Shown here in pieces: positions 18,518-27,951 of a DNA stretch of 32,000 nt (the first letter of the stretch is position 1; each line of letters begins with the position of its first letter). The DNA lies in assembly GCF_900083515.1 (NCBI RefSeq), contig NZ_LT671858.1, forward strand, positions 660,001 through 692,000, written 5' to 3'. This DNA comes from Cuniculiplasma divulgatum. GTDB taxonomy: Archaea; Thermoplasmatota; Thermoplasmata; Thermoplasmatales; Thermoplasmataceae. The position numbers and the translations under genes were made by a program. The notes under the pieces were generated by a model. That model saw only the letters and a list, made by a program, of their open reading frames with translations. It was not told the DNA's origin and made no database searches.

Positions 18518-19485
18518 ACATCCACCTCTCCAATGGTACTGCTAAGGATCAGAGCAAACATAACCGCTATTATTGGGATAATAAGGAACACAATTAGATA
18601 TAGCACAGTATCTGTCAGTGACCCTTCCCCTGGTATCACGGAAGTTACCGTACCTATGATTACCATTAATATTAGCGGGAACATAATTCCAACTATTATA
18701 TAACTTTCAGCGAGTACTGAGAGAGACTCTGTGTTCCTTTTTATTAGCGTGCTTAGTTCGGTCTGATACTGTACCGCCTTATCCTTGAAATAGCTCTTTA
18801 GGTCGCCACCAGAAGTGAGAGTGGTTATGATTCCCTGGAAGAATTCTGAGAGTCTCTGAGACGGAGAATTCGCGGCTCCATCCTTAACAGCATTGATTAT
18901 ATCCTCCCCAAACAATCTTGTTGAAACTGCAATGCTTTTTGCCTCTCTCGCAAGTTCACCATATTCAGTACTGTTTGAAAGCTCATACATAATATTTTCA
19001 ACTGGCATATCAGCAGAGGCCATTGTTGCGATGTAACCCATGGCCAGTGGCAGTACTGCGTCAATCTTTTTTCTTCGCGTACCAGCTATTGAATTTGGAT
19101 ATCCGGCCATGACAGCGAAATAAACAATGACTGCAAGGAACCAGAAGGCAAAGGAAAGATATGTGTAGGATGGAAATTTCAGTGAAAATATATTAACCGC
19201 AATAAAGCTGACGACCATGAATATGACTGCAATCATGATGCCTCTTGAATAATATTCTATAGCATCTATCGGCATTTTAGCCTTTCTCAGGCTCTCATCC
19301 ATTTTTTCAGTCTGAACATATTTTTCTACCAGATGTCCAAAGACTCTGACTGCGAACACGTCAAATATGGTAGGAGCTGGAATAACTACCTTTACGGGTT
19401 TTGGATTTAATTTTTTGTTCAGATTTGAGAGGAAACCATTGCTTTTGTTTTCCTTCTTTATCTGAATATCCTGACTTTTATGCAT
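18514..19485 (-). CDS. Polytopic membrane protein with one T2SSF (FlaJ/TadB-like platform) domain, N-terminal-half equivalent
   Basis: 323-aa ORF. TM hairpin, then IDAVLPLAMGYIATMASADMP...GEDIINAVKD...SGGDLKSYF helical block and C-terminal TM segments, the pattern of FlaJ/TadC family proteins. TAATG overlap with the ATPase-2 stop. Confidence 0.65.
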   Translation of the reverse strand: MHKSQDIQIKKENKSNGFLSNLNKKLNPKPVKVVIPAPTIFDVFAVRVFGHLVEKYVQTEKMDESLRKAKMPIDAIEYYSRGIMIAVIFMVVSFIAVNIFSLKFPSYTYLSFAFWFLAVIVYFAVMAGYPNSIAGTRRKKIDAVLPLAMGYIATMASADMPVENIMYELSNSTEYGELAREAKSIAVSTRLFGEDIINAVKDGAANSPSQRLSEFFQGIITTLTSGGDLKSYFKDKAVQYQTELSTLIKRNTESLSVLAESYIIVGIMFPLILMVIIGTVTSVIPGEGSLTDTVLYLIVFLIIPIIAVMFALILSSTIGEVDV

Positions 19486-21062
19486 TAAATACCACTCGCC
19501 ATTTTCATTGCAGTTTCTGGATCTTTATAATATATATTGATTATCCTTGTTATATTTGTATAATCTGTGATATTATTCTTAACCAGTCCGTCCAGTAGAG
19601 ACTTGCGCCTTTCAAACTCAAAGTTCATTTCCTCCTGAGTCCACTGTTTTGCATCTCTTATTTCATTCAAAATTTTGCTGAAACCTGAAAAGACCTGTTC
19701 ATTTTGGTTGAAGTCGTACGAAAATACCTTATTGTACATTATCTCTCCCGAATCCTGATCAGTACCAACAATTTCGTCAATCTCCATGAGTTTTCTCATA
19801 TTCCTGCTTCCCACTCTTACAAATTTATTGAATATCACAATATTAAGTGCACCGATAAGTACCCTTGGTATATTTAACGGGTTTGATTCCAGTCTGTTTA
19901 CAAGGGTTTCCATGGAATCTGCGTGAATGGTTGAGTAGGCAGTATGTCCTGTTGATATAGCCTGGAAGAGAGAATATGATTCTCTCCCCCTTATTTCACC
20001 AAGAACTATGTAGGTAGGTCTTTGCCTCATAGCCATCTTTACCAGTTCAAACATACCAATTGGTGGATTTTTTGAATCACCATTAGCGGTTGAATATATA
20101 CTTTCTCTGGTTGAAGTGGCTACCCAGTTCTGATGCATTATATTTATCTCCCTGGTTTCTTCAATAGAGAAAACCTTTGTATTAGATGGGATAAACATTA
20201 AAATTGCATTTATGGTACTTGTTTTCCCAACACCAGGAACACCAGCAATGATTGCGGATTTTAGATTTTCGACAGCGAACCATAAATATGTAGCGAGTTC
20301 AGAGGTTGCTGCACCATACTTTATCAACTCCACAGGCGTGAATGGAGATTCTCTAAATAGCCTGAAGGTAAAAGCAGAACCTTTGGTTGAAATTTCATTA
20401 CCAAATGTTAACTGGATTCTGTGACCCTGGGGAAAAGTTCCATCAATTATAGGTTCATTCATTGAAACTTCCTTTCCACACATCTGTGCAAGCCTTACAA
20501 CATATGAATCCAGATCCTTCTCATTATCAAAAACTATGTTTGTTTTAAGTGAACCGTGTATTTTGTGTTCAACATAAACTGGAATTCCAACTCCATTACA
20601 GGAAACATCCTCCACTAGCGGGTCTCTTACAACAGGTTCCAGTGGCCCATAACCTTCGTAATTCCTCTTAATGAAATACTTGATCTTATCCACTGTTCTT
20701 CTATTAAGCTTATATTTCCTACCTTTGAGATAGGAATCTATAACTTTCTCTATGGTTAATTGTGATAGATCTTCTGGAAGATTCTTTGAACTTTTAACAA
20801 TTTGTTCCATATTCTTTGATATTTTTTTAAGAAGTATCTCCTCATCTGAAGATAAAACAGGTTCATTTGCAATATATATTGATTCCATGCTCGTTGGATT
20901 CCATGAAATTTCAACAGTTACAGTCTGTGGTATGATATTATATTCATCAAGAATTTCGTACTTTCCTACACTCGGAACTTCAGTTATTCGTTCTTCCCTT
21001 TTGCTTGGGACATTTTTTACAGGTTTTTTTTCCTTCTTTTTGGTAGGAGAAAATAAAGGCAT
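19485..21062 (-). CDS. FlaI/PilB/VirB11-type secretion ATPase, paralog 2 (first gene of the operon)
   Basis: 525-aa ORF. Blocks: EPVVRDPLVEDVSC, GSAFTFRLF, Walker A GVPGVGKTS, SIEETREI, RPTYIVLGEIRGRE, canonical His box QAISTGHTAYSTIHA. Lys-rich N-terminus similar to paralog 1. Confidence 0.85.
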   Translation of the reverse strand: MPLFSPTKKKEKKPVKNVPSKREERITEVPSVGKYEILDEYNIIPQTVTVEISWNPTSMESIYIANEPVLSSDEEILLKKISKNMEQIVKSSKNLPEDLSQLTIEKVIDSYLKGRKYKLNRRTVDKIKYFIKRNYEGYGPLEPVVRDPLVEDVSCNGVGIPVYVEHKIHGSLKTNIVFDNEKDLDSYVVRLAQMCGKEVSMNEPIIDGTFPQGHRIQLTFGNEISTKGSAFTFRLFRESPFTPVELIKYGAATSELATYLWFAVENLKSAIIAGVPGVGKTSTINAILMFIPSNTKVFSIEETREINIMHQNWVATSTRESIYSTANGDSKNPPIGMFELVKMAMRQRPTYIVLGEIRGRESYSLFQAISTGHTAYSTIHADSMETLVNRLESNPLNIPRVLIGALNIVIFNKFVRVGSRNMRKLMEIDEIVGTDQDSGEIMYNKVFSYDFNQNEQVFSGFSKILNEIRDAKQWTQEEMNFEFERRKSLLDGLVKNNITDYTNITRIINIYYKDPETAMKMASGI

Positions 21063-21080
21063 TAAAACATCTAATATAAC

Positions 21081-21094
21081 GCATTAATTAAAGA
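21081..21094 (-). promoter_or_regulatory. TATA-like box (minus-sense tttaattaatgc) about 26 nt upstream of the ATPase-2 ATG; candidate leaderless promoter of the four-gene operon
   Basis: Seen in sequence. Spacing fits archaeal TATA-to-start distance if the transcript is leaderless. A second candidate, tttttatat, lies about 50 nt upstream. Confidence 0.3.
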
Positions 21095-21131
21095 TTATGG
21101 TTGTCAGAAAATATAAAAATAGAAATAACAC

Positions 21132-21143
21132 TAAAATATTATA
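21132..21143 (+). promoter_or_regulatory. TATA-like element (taaaatattata) upstream of tRNA-Ala
   Basis: Centred about 31 nt upstream of the tRNA 5-prime end at 21169. Confidence 0.3.
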
Positions 21144-21168
21144 CCAAAGAAGTATTATCGGGACTATA

Positions 21169-21240
21169 GGGCTGGTAGATCAGAGGTAGATCGCTTCCTT
21201 GGCATGGAAGAGGCCAGGGGTTCAATTCCCCTCCAGTCCA
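21169..21240 (+). tRNA. tRNA-Ala (anticodon GGC)
   Basis: Hand-folded. Acceptor GGGCTGG/CCAGTCC with the G3:U70 alanine identity pair, D stem GATC/GATC, anticodon stem CTTCC/GGAAG with loop TTGGCAT. T arm AGGGG-TTCAATT-CCCCT, discriminator A. 72 nt. Confidence 0.9.
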
Positions 21241-21375
21241 TAGGTAATGGTTTTGGGATTGCTGCGGTTTGAACCGTTGAACAATTTTGACTTTTTGTAC
21301 AAATATAAATTTTTCACGAAGCTGTATTTAATTCATAAAATTAAAGAGTTCTGTCTAATTGAATTAAAATTATGT

Positions 21376-22155
21376 TCAAATACCAGATCTGATACTTTTA
21401 TATATTCTTAGAGAAATGCCAAGGAAAACAAGCATTACTATGAGTAATATACCAGCATAAAAGAATGTGCCTGAAGTAACAGAAGATATAAGTGAATCTC
21501 TTAGTATATTGGCAATGAAACTCAGTGGATTTGATCCTGAAAGTGTTCTCAACCATAGTGGGGTAGTGGATGTTATAGGATAAAATGCAGTGCTTGCAAA
21601 GTCAAGCATAAAGAATAGAACTATTGTGATAGTGTTATATGCCTGCATGGACTTTGACAGTCCTGATATTATGAGGAATAGAGAGGAAAATAACATTGTT
21701 CCAACAACTATTGCAAATACTGACAGCAATATGCTTTCTGGAGTAACAATCACTGTAATAGGTATAAGTAGGGAAAATCCAAGCATGATCAGGGAACCAA
21801 CGAGTGCAAAAATAATGGAAACAGTTATAATTCCTAGAAGATAATCTATTCTTCTGAATGGACCAACCATTATCCTTTCAAACATACCCCATCTTCTGTC
21901 GGACCACAACATGCTTCCTCCTATATTTCCTGCAGTGAATGATTCAAGTGCTATAATTCCCGGGGCTAGAAACGTTGTATATGATACAGAACCACCCGAC
22001 TGGAGTGGAACACCTGTTGTGACTATGCCCTGAAACATGAATCCCATAACAAATAGATAGAGAGTAGGCAAACCAAGCATAAAGATAAGAGTTCCAATAT
22101 CAATGTTTACGATTATATTCCTGATGGTTAACCTTATAAAAGCAGGTATCTTCAT
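21376..22155 (-). CDS. ABC-2 type transporter permease
   Basis: 259-aa ORF with about six TM segments. ATGA overlap with the upstream ABC ATPase gene, the typical ABC-2 exporter pairing. Confidence 0.75.
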   Translation of the reverse strand: MKIPAFIRLTIRNIIVNIDIGTLIFMLGLPTLYLFVMGFMFQGIVTTGVPLQSGGSVSYTTFLAPGIIALESFTAGNIGGSMLWSDRRWGMFERIMVGPFRRIDYLLGIITVSIIFALVGSLIMLGFSLLIPITVIVTPESILLSVFAIVVGTMLFSSLFLIISGLSKSMQAYNTITIVLFFMLDFASTAFYPITSTTPLWLRTLSGSNPLSFIANILRDSLISSVTSGTFFYAGILLIVMLVFLGISLRIYKSIRSGI

Positions 22156-23087
22156 TTTTCAACCACCTTCATGAACACATCATCAAGAGTTGGATTATCT
22201 ATCATTATCTTGTCAGTCTTTATTCCCATCTCAGACAGATTTTGAAGTATTTTTCCAACTATAGTTTCTATCCTGTCAGATACCACCAGAATCTCATTAT
22301 TTGTAATATCAACCTCTGCAATATTTCCATTCTCAACTCCAGTGGTGATATCCTCTTTCTTAACACCTTTCTCAGAGGTATATCCTATTTTCAGTGTTCT
22401 TAACGAACCATATTTTGTCTTCAGATCTGATGATGTACCCTCTGCTACTTTTTTACCATTATTCACTATGCCAATCCTGTCACATATATAATCTGCCTCT
22501 TCGAGATTTTGTGTGGTAAACAGTACGGTCATTCCCTTCTTTGCCTGTGATTTTACATAATCGAGTATGGTCCTCCTCATTATTGGGTCAAGTCCTACCG
22601 TTGGCTCGTCAAGAAAGAATACGTCCATATTATGCATGAATTCCCTTGCTACCTGCACTCTTTTTTTCTGACCACCACTCAGGTCATACATTCTTTTTTT
22701 CCTTAGTTCATCAAGATCAAAAAGTTCTATAAGCATCTCCTTCCTTGATTTTGTCTCCTCTCTTGGCAATTCCCACATCATACCATACAGTTTGAAGTTA
22801 TTTTCAACTGTGGTAAAATCAAAAGCTTCCTCCTGTTGTACCACACCTATCCTTCTTCTAATTTCAGTACCGTTCCTTGAAACATCGAGACCCAGAACCT
22901 CCGCTACACCAGAATCATATCCAATAAGAGTTGTAAGAACTTTTATTGTTGTACTCTTTCCAGCGCCATTTCTTCCAAGCAGACCGTAAACTTCCCCTTT
23001 CTTTACATTGAATGAAAGATGATCAACTGCTAGTTTCTTTCCATCGTATGATTTCACAAGTTCATCCACAATTATAGCGTCTTGCAC
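22152..23087 (-). CDS. ABC transporter ATP-binding protein (DrrA/ABC-2 exporter type)
   Basis: 311-aa ORF with Walker A GRNGAGKST, Q-loop, signature LSGGQKKR, Walker B VFFLDEPT and H-loop region. Confidence 0.9.
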   Translation of the reverse strand: MQDAIIVDELVKSYDGKKLAVDHLSFNVKKGEVYGLLGRNGAGKSTTIKVLTTLIGYDSGVAEVLGLDVSRNGTEIRRRIGVVQQEEAFDFTTVENNFKLYGMMWELPREETKSRKEMLIELFDLDELRKKRMYDLSGGQKKRVQVAREFMHNMDVFFLDEPTVGLDPIMRRTILDYVKSQAKKGMTVLFTTQNLEEADYICDRIGIVNNGKKVAEGTSSDLKTKYGSLRTLKIGYTSEKGVKKEDITTGVENGNIAEVDITNNEILVVSDRIETIVGKILQNLSEMGIKTDKIMIDNPTLDDVFMKVVEK

Positions 23088-23218
23088 GTGACCATGATGC
23101 TATAAAAGATAAAAAGAAATTGTATACACTTAAATGGCAAAAACATTTTCGAGAAAAAACTTAGAAATGTTCTTTCAGTTTAAGGAAATACACTCATATA
23201 CAATTAAGTAAAGCTTAG

Positions 23219-23479
23219 GTGGTTAAAATGATTGAGGAGGATTACAGATACATCAGTTGCGGTGGTGATCCACTAACTTATCTGAAGAGTGCATTTAAAG
23301 CCATGAAAATCGAACTTGAACCAGGACAGGAGGGAAGAATGCTTCTCACGAAGGAGAAATTTCCCTATGAAAGGAACATATTCTCATCACTGGCGACTCA
23401 AAATGCAATGGACATCACAAAATTTGAGGAGAAGGATGGAGAATTAACCATAGAAATGGTTAGGAACCAGCAGAATTAA
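23219..23479 (+). CDS. Small hypothetical protein (86 aa from GTG; more likely 83 aa from the ATG at 23228), possibly TusA/SirA-like fold
   Basis: aggtgg Shine-Dalgarno-like sequence about 7 nt before the ATG at 23228. The layout (C-x-x-x-P then helix, PG..l.l, C-terminal DGE..I.I.R) loosely resembles TusA-family proteins. Weak. Confidence 0.4.
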   Translation: MVKMIEEDYRYISCGGDPLTYLKSAFKAMKIELEPGQEGRMLLTKEKFPYERNIFSSLATQNAMDITKFEEKDGELTIEMVRNQQN

Positions 23480-23568
23480 AATAAAAAAAGTCTATTTTAC
23501 TTTTAGGAATTATCATTGTATAAGTAAGTTTTGGGAAACAGTTTTATTAAATCCCGCGTTCAAAATAC

Positions 23569-26121
23569 ATGAATGAAAATTATCCAAAGTTGGCCTATAG
23601 ATTTCAACTTAACAACAATTTCACATTTTATGATGTTATCAGTACTATCCCATATCTGGCAAATTTAGGAGTGACACATATATATGTTTCTCCCATCCTC
23701 AAGGCTAGATCAGGAAGTTCTCACTGTTATGATATTGTTGATTTTAGATACGTAAACGAGGAACTTGGAGGGGAAGAGGGATTGAGAGAGATGGTTGATA
23801 GGGCAAGGGAGAACAATATGAAAATTTTAATTGACATAGTACCAAATCACATGGCTTACTCCCTTGAAAACACCTATATTCTTGACTTCATCAAAACTGG
23901 AAACCCTGATATACTGAGGTTATTCGACATTAAGCAGTCTCCATTGGTTATGGATGGAAAACTCATTTTTCCATTTCTTTCCTCTCCTTTGAATGATCTA
24001 ATAAATATGGGAAAGGTGGCTATAACACTGGAGGGTGATATTTACTTAGATTTTGATGGAAATAAAATTCCCTGCTCTGACAGATCTAAGGAGTGGATAA
24101 TTAGAAGATCAGGAGAGGAATTCCTGAGTGTGAATGCAATATTTGATAATAATGATGATTTCACGAAGAAGCGTATCGAAGAAATAATTCACGATGTAAA
24201 TGGAAACAGAGATTTACTTAACAGTTTCATTGATTTGCAGAACATTATACCAGAATGGTGGCAGAGTAGCGGGAAAATCTTGAATTACAGACGTTTTTTC
24301 GCTGTAAACGATATGATTGCACTGCGTTCGGAAGATGCAACGGTAATAGAATCGAGACACAGTACAATAAGGAGACTAATAGAAGATTATGGTATTTCTG
24401 GACTTAGAATTGATCATCTTGACGGAATACATGATCCAGAATCATATCTTCACTTCGTACAAAGCGAGCTCCATCCTGAATTCATAATAGTAGAAAAAAT
24501 CTTATCAGAAAACGAGTGTCTAAGTAATAAGCTGAAGACTGACGGCACAACAGGATACGATTTTCTCTGGAAAGTGATATCGCTTTTTACGGATTACGAG
24601 GGTTTAGACGAGATCAAAATAAACTACAATAATGATCAGGGGAAATATGAGCAGACAAAGGCAGATGAAGAACATTTAGTTTATAATCTTAAGGATCTAT
24701 TTATGAACGAAGAATTTGCTGGGGATATACTCAATCTATCGTGGAACATATATGAAAATCTGGTTTTAAGGGATCACTATGAATTCTCAATAAAACAAAT
24801 TGAAAACGCAATAAAAATTTATTTCAAGAATTTGAAAAAATACAGAAGTTATTCAAATCTTAATTCAATTGGGGAGCTTTCAGAAGATTTCACTAGAATA
24901 GGGCTAAAAACCAATGATCCAGTACTCGTCACGGCCGGTGAATATCTCAATCACAAACATAAAATGGGTGCTGATGCGTTCCTTCAACTTCAGGAATATT
25001 CTGGCGCAGTAATGGCAAAATCAGTGGAAGATAGGGCATTCTTTGCCTACAACCCATTTGTTTTTCTGAACGAGGTGGGAGGTAGCGTGTGGAATAGTGC
25101 CGTATCTAATAAAAACTTTATAAAGTTCCTGAATGAAAGAAAAAAATTTACACATTCAATGAATGAAACTTCAACTCACGATACAAAATATGGGGAGGAT
25201 CTTCGTGCTTCAGGCATAGTGATTTCAGAATTCCCGGATCTTTTTAGAAAGGCAATAGAAGAGGCCAGGAACTCATATATAACTGAGGGATTGGCAGGGA
25301 GATTGCGCAACGAACATTTATATTATATAGTTCAAATGGTGGTTGCATCTGTGAAGTCAAGAGGATTATACAAAAGTTATAAAGATTCACTAAATTCACA
25401 CATCATAAAAGCAGTGAGAGAATCAGGATTAAAAACAGGATGGAAAAACATTAATGTGGAATATGAGAAAAGCTGCATAGAATTAACGGAGAAAGTTGTT
25501 GAATTTGCAGAATTAAAACCCTCCTCAAACATAGGCAGATTATCTCAAATGTGTAAAGAGTATGGGCAGTTGAATTCCATATCCATGCTTGTTTTAAAGT
25601 TCATGCTTCCAGGATTCACATCAAACTATCAGGGTTCAGAAAACCACAACTATCACTTTACAGATCCAGACAACAGGATTCCAGTGGACTATAGTTTACT
25701 GAAGGATCAATCAGATCTTGACCTTAAAAAAGATTACCTCTCCATAGACAGTTTATACGAAAATGGATTCAAACTTTCTCTCTTCAGGAGACTTAGTCAG
25801 ATCAGAGAAGAGAATCTATCTCTTATAAATGAAGGTGACCTCAGTCTTCTAGAAACTCAGGGAGAAGGGAGTTCAAGCGTAATCATAATAGGAATTAGAA
25901 AGAAAAATAGGCGGCTCATAATTTTCACTGGTAGATACTTTTCAAAAATAAAGGAAGGAAGTGCTCTCAATTATAGTAATACATTTTTAAGTCTTAATAA
26001 GGAATGGCAGGGGAAGTACACTGATCTGTTAAGCAACTCCTCGTTAGAAATAAGAGAAAAAGTGAATATAAGCGATCTAATGAAGCACAATTCATTTTTG
26101 ATTATAAAGGCTGATGACTAA
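23569..26121 (+). CDS. treY: Malto-oligosyltrehalose synthase (GH13)
   Basis: 850-aa ORF with VTHIYVSPILKARSGSSHCYDIVD, DIVPNHM, GLRIDHLDG (nucleophile region), IIVEKIL (acid/base Glu) and TSTHDTKYGEDLR, the TreY signature set. Confidence 0.9.
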   Translation: MNENYPKLAYRFQLNNNFTFYDVISTIPYLANLGVTHIYVSPILKARSGSSHCYDIVDFRYVNEELGGEEGLREMVDRARENNMKILIDIVPNHMAYSLENTYILDFIKTGNPDILRLFDIKQSPLVMDGKLIFPFLSSPLNDLINMGKVAITLEGDIYLDFDGNKIPCSDRSKEWIIRRSGEEFLSVNAIFDNNDDFTKKRIEEIIHDVNGNRDLLNSFIDLQNIIPEWWQSSGKILNYRRFFAVNDMIALRSEDATVIESRHSTIRRLIEDYGISGLRIDHLDGIHDPESYLHFVQSELHPEFIIVEKILSENECLSNKLKTDGTTGYDFLWKVISLFTDYEGLDEIKINYNNDQGKYEQTKADEEHLVYNLKDLFMNEEFAGDILNLSWNIYENLVLRDHYEFSIKQIENAIKIYFKNLKKYRSYSNLNSIGELSEDFTRIGLKTNDPVLVTAGEYLNHKHKMGADAFLQLQEYSGAVMAKSVEDRAFFAYNPFVFLNEVGGSVWNSAVSNKNFIKFLNERKKFTHSMNETSTHDTKYGEDLRASGIVISEFPDLFRKAIEEARNSYITEGLAGRLRNEHLYYIVQMVVASVKSRGLYKSYKDSLNSHIIKAVRESGLKTGWKNINVEYEKSCIELTEKVVEFAELKPSSNIGRLSQMCKEYGQLNSISMLVLKFMLPGFTSNYQGSENHNYHFTDPDNRIPVDYSLLKDQSDLDLKKDYLSIDSLYENGFKLSLFRRLSQIREENLSLINEGDLSLLETQGEGSSSVIIIGIRKKNRRLIIFTGRYFSKIKEGSALNYSNTFLSLNKEWQGKYTDLLSNSSLEIREKVNISDLMKHNSFLIIKADD

Positions 26122-27910
26122 ATTGAAACCAGACACTCTATCGTACCGGAAACTCAGTTATGAGGATATAGGACTGTGGAAGAATGGCAGCGAACTACTT
26201 GCAACAGTATGGGCACCTTTTGCAAAAAAAGTTGAGATCAAAATAGATGATCAGAAACTTATGGAATTGAGGAGAAATGACTATGGTATATGGGAAGGTT
26301 CTTCAAGCTTCAGGGAAGAATATAAGGAATACAGCGTAATACTCAATGGAAGAGAAAGATTACCAGATCCTGCTTCAAAGTATCTAGTGAATGGAGTTTA
26401 TGGTTATAGCACCATAGTCGATTTAGACTTCAAAAATAATCTGGACACTGGCATTAATATAGATCTCAAGAACGCGGTTATCTATGAATTACATACAGGT
26501 ACTTTCAGCGAAAAAGGTAATTTTGCAGGGATCAAGGAAAAACTAGACTATCTTGAAAAACTTGGAATTAATGTAATAGAATTAATGCCAATAGCGCAGT
26601 TTGAGGGAAGAAGAAACTGGGGCTACGACGGTGTGTTCCCTTACGCTGTCCAGAATTCCTATGGCAGTATATCAGAACTGATCAAATTAGTAAAGGATGT
26701 CCATTCAAGGGGCATTTCCATAATTCTTGACGTTGTCTATAATCATGCTGGACCAAGAGGAAACGTATTAAATAGTTTTGGACCATATTTTTCGGATAAA
26801 TATAAAAGTCTATGGGGAAATGCCACGAACTTTGATGGCCAATGGTCAGATTACGTGAGAAATTTCTACATTCAAAACGCAGTATACTGGATTGACTTTT
26901 TTGGATTTGATGGACTCAGGCTCGATGCAATTCATGGTATTTATGATAATTCCCCAGTACATTTTCTTAAGGAACTCAGGGCAGATGTTAACAAATATTT
27001 TGAGAATAGTAATAAGAAACCAATATTGATCGCAGAAAGTGATGCAAACAATCCACTCACCATATCTAGCATCGACCAGTGTGGCTTTGGAATGGACGCT
27101 CAATGGTGTGACGATTTTCATCACTCTATCCATTCATATCTGACAGGAGAAGGCCAGGGATATTATTCTGACTATGGGCATTCATGGCAAATACTGAAGG
27201 CCATGGAAAGTGGTTTTGTTTATCGCGGGGAATATTCCATGTTTTTGAAAAGAACAAGGGGTGTGAGAGGTAAACAGATAAGCCCTAGCAAATTAATAGT
27301 ATTCTCTCAAAACCATGATCAGGTAGGAAACCGTAAGAATTCAGATCGTAATGGCAGCTACTACGGAAAAGAAAAATCATTGCTATTTGGGGCAATATGT
27401 CTCTTGTCACCTTATGTTCCTATGATATTCATGGGAGAAGAGTTCTTCTCGAAAGATCATTTCTGGTTCTTCATTGATACAGATGATGCTACCTTTGCAG
27501 ACATTGTTAGAAAGGGAAGAAATGAAGAATTCTCATATTTCACAGGCAATGTAGATATACCAGCACCTAACTCATATGAGGCATTTCACGAATCGCAATT
27601 AAGCTGGGGAGTTTTGAATAATAATGAGAATCTGGAATATTTGAGAGTTTATCAACAGTTGATAGCCATAAGAAAGAAATATAAACTCGGATATGGAGTT
27701 AGATTTGAGACAACATTGATTGGAGAAATTTTAAATATAAACTATTTCATTGATAAAAATAGTAAATTGTTATGCTTTTTCAATCTTTCAGGCAAATCAG
27801 TAAATATTAATCACATAAAGGGTGATGTAATTGTGAGCAGTACGGATAATACCTTGTCAAATTCCAAAATTGAGGCATATGGATTCAGGGTTGTATTTTG
27901 TTGTAATTAA
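26114..27910 (+). CDS. treZ: Malto-oligosyltrehalose trehalohydrolase (GH13)
   Basis: 598-aa ORF with WGYDGV, LDVVYNHAGP, GFDGLRLDAIHGI, ILIAESD and FSQNHDQVGNR. It overlaps treY by 8 nt. Confidence 0.9.
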   Translation: MTKLKPDTLSYRKLSYEDIGLWKNGSELLATVWAPFAKKVEIKIDDQKLMELRRNDYGIWEGSSSFREEYKEYSVILNGRERLPDPASKYLVNGVYGYSTIVDLDFKNNLDTGINIDLKNAVIYELHTGTFSEKGNFAGIKEKLDYLEKLGINVIELMPIAQFEGRRNWGYDGVFPYAVQNSYGSISELIKLVKDVHSRGISIILDVVYNHAGPRGNVLNSFGPYFSDKYKSLWGNATNFDGQWSDYVRNFYIQNAVYWIDFFGFDGLRLDAIHGIYDNSPVHFLKELRADVNKYFENSNKKPILIAESDANNPLTISSIDQCGFGMDAQWCDDFHHSIHSYLTGEGQGYYSDYGHSWQILKAMESGFVYRGEYSMFLKRTRGVRGKQISPSKLIVFSQNHDQVGNRKNSDRNGSYYGKEKSLLFGAICLLSPYVPMIFMGEEFFSKDHFWFFIDTDDATFADIVRKGRNEEFSYFTGNVDIPAPNSYEAFHESQLSWGVLNNNENLEYLRVYQQLIAIRKKYKLGYGVRFETTLIGEILNINYFIDKNSKLLCFFNLSGKSVNINHIKGDVIVSSTDNTLSNSKIEAYGFRVVFCCN

Positions 27911-27951
27911 CTCGAGACAGCGAAATCCATTAAGTTTTATCTATCATTTCT

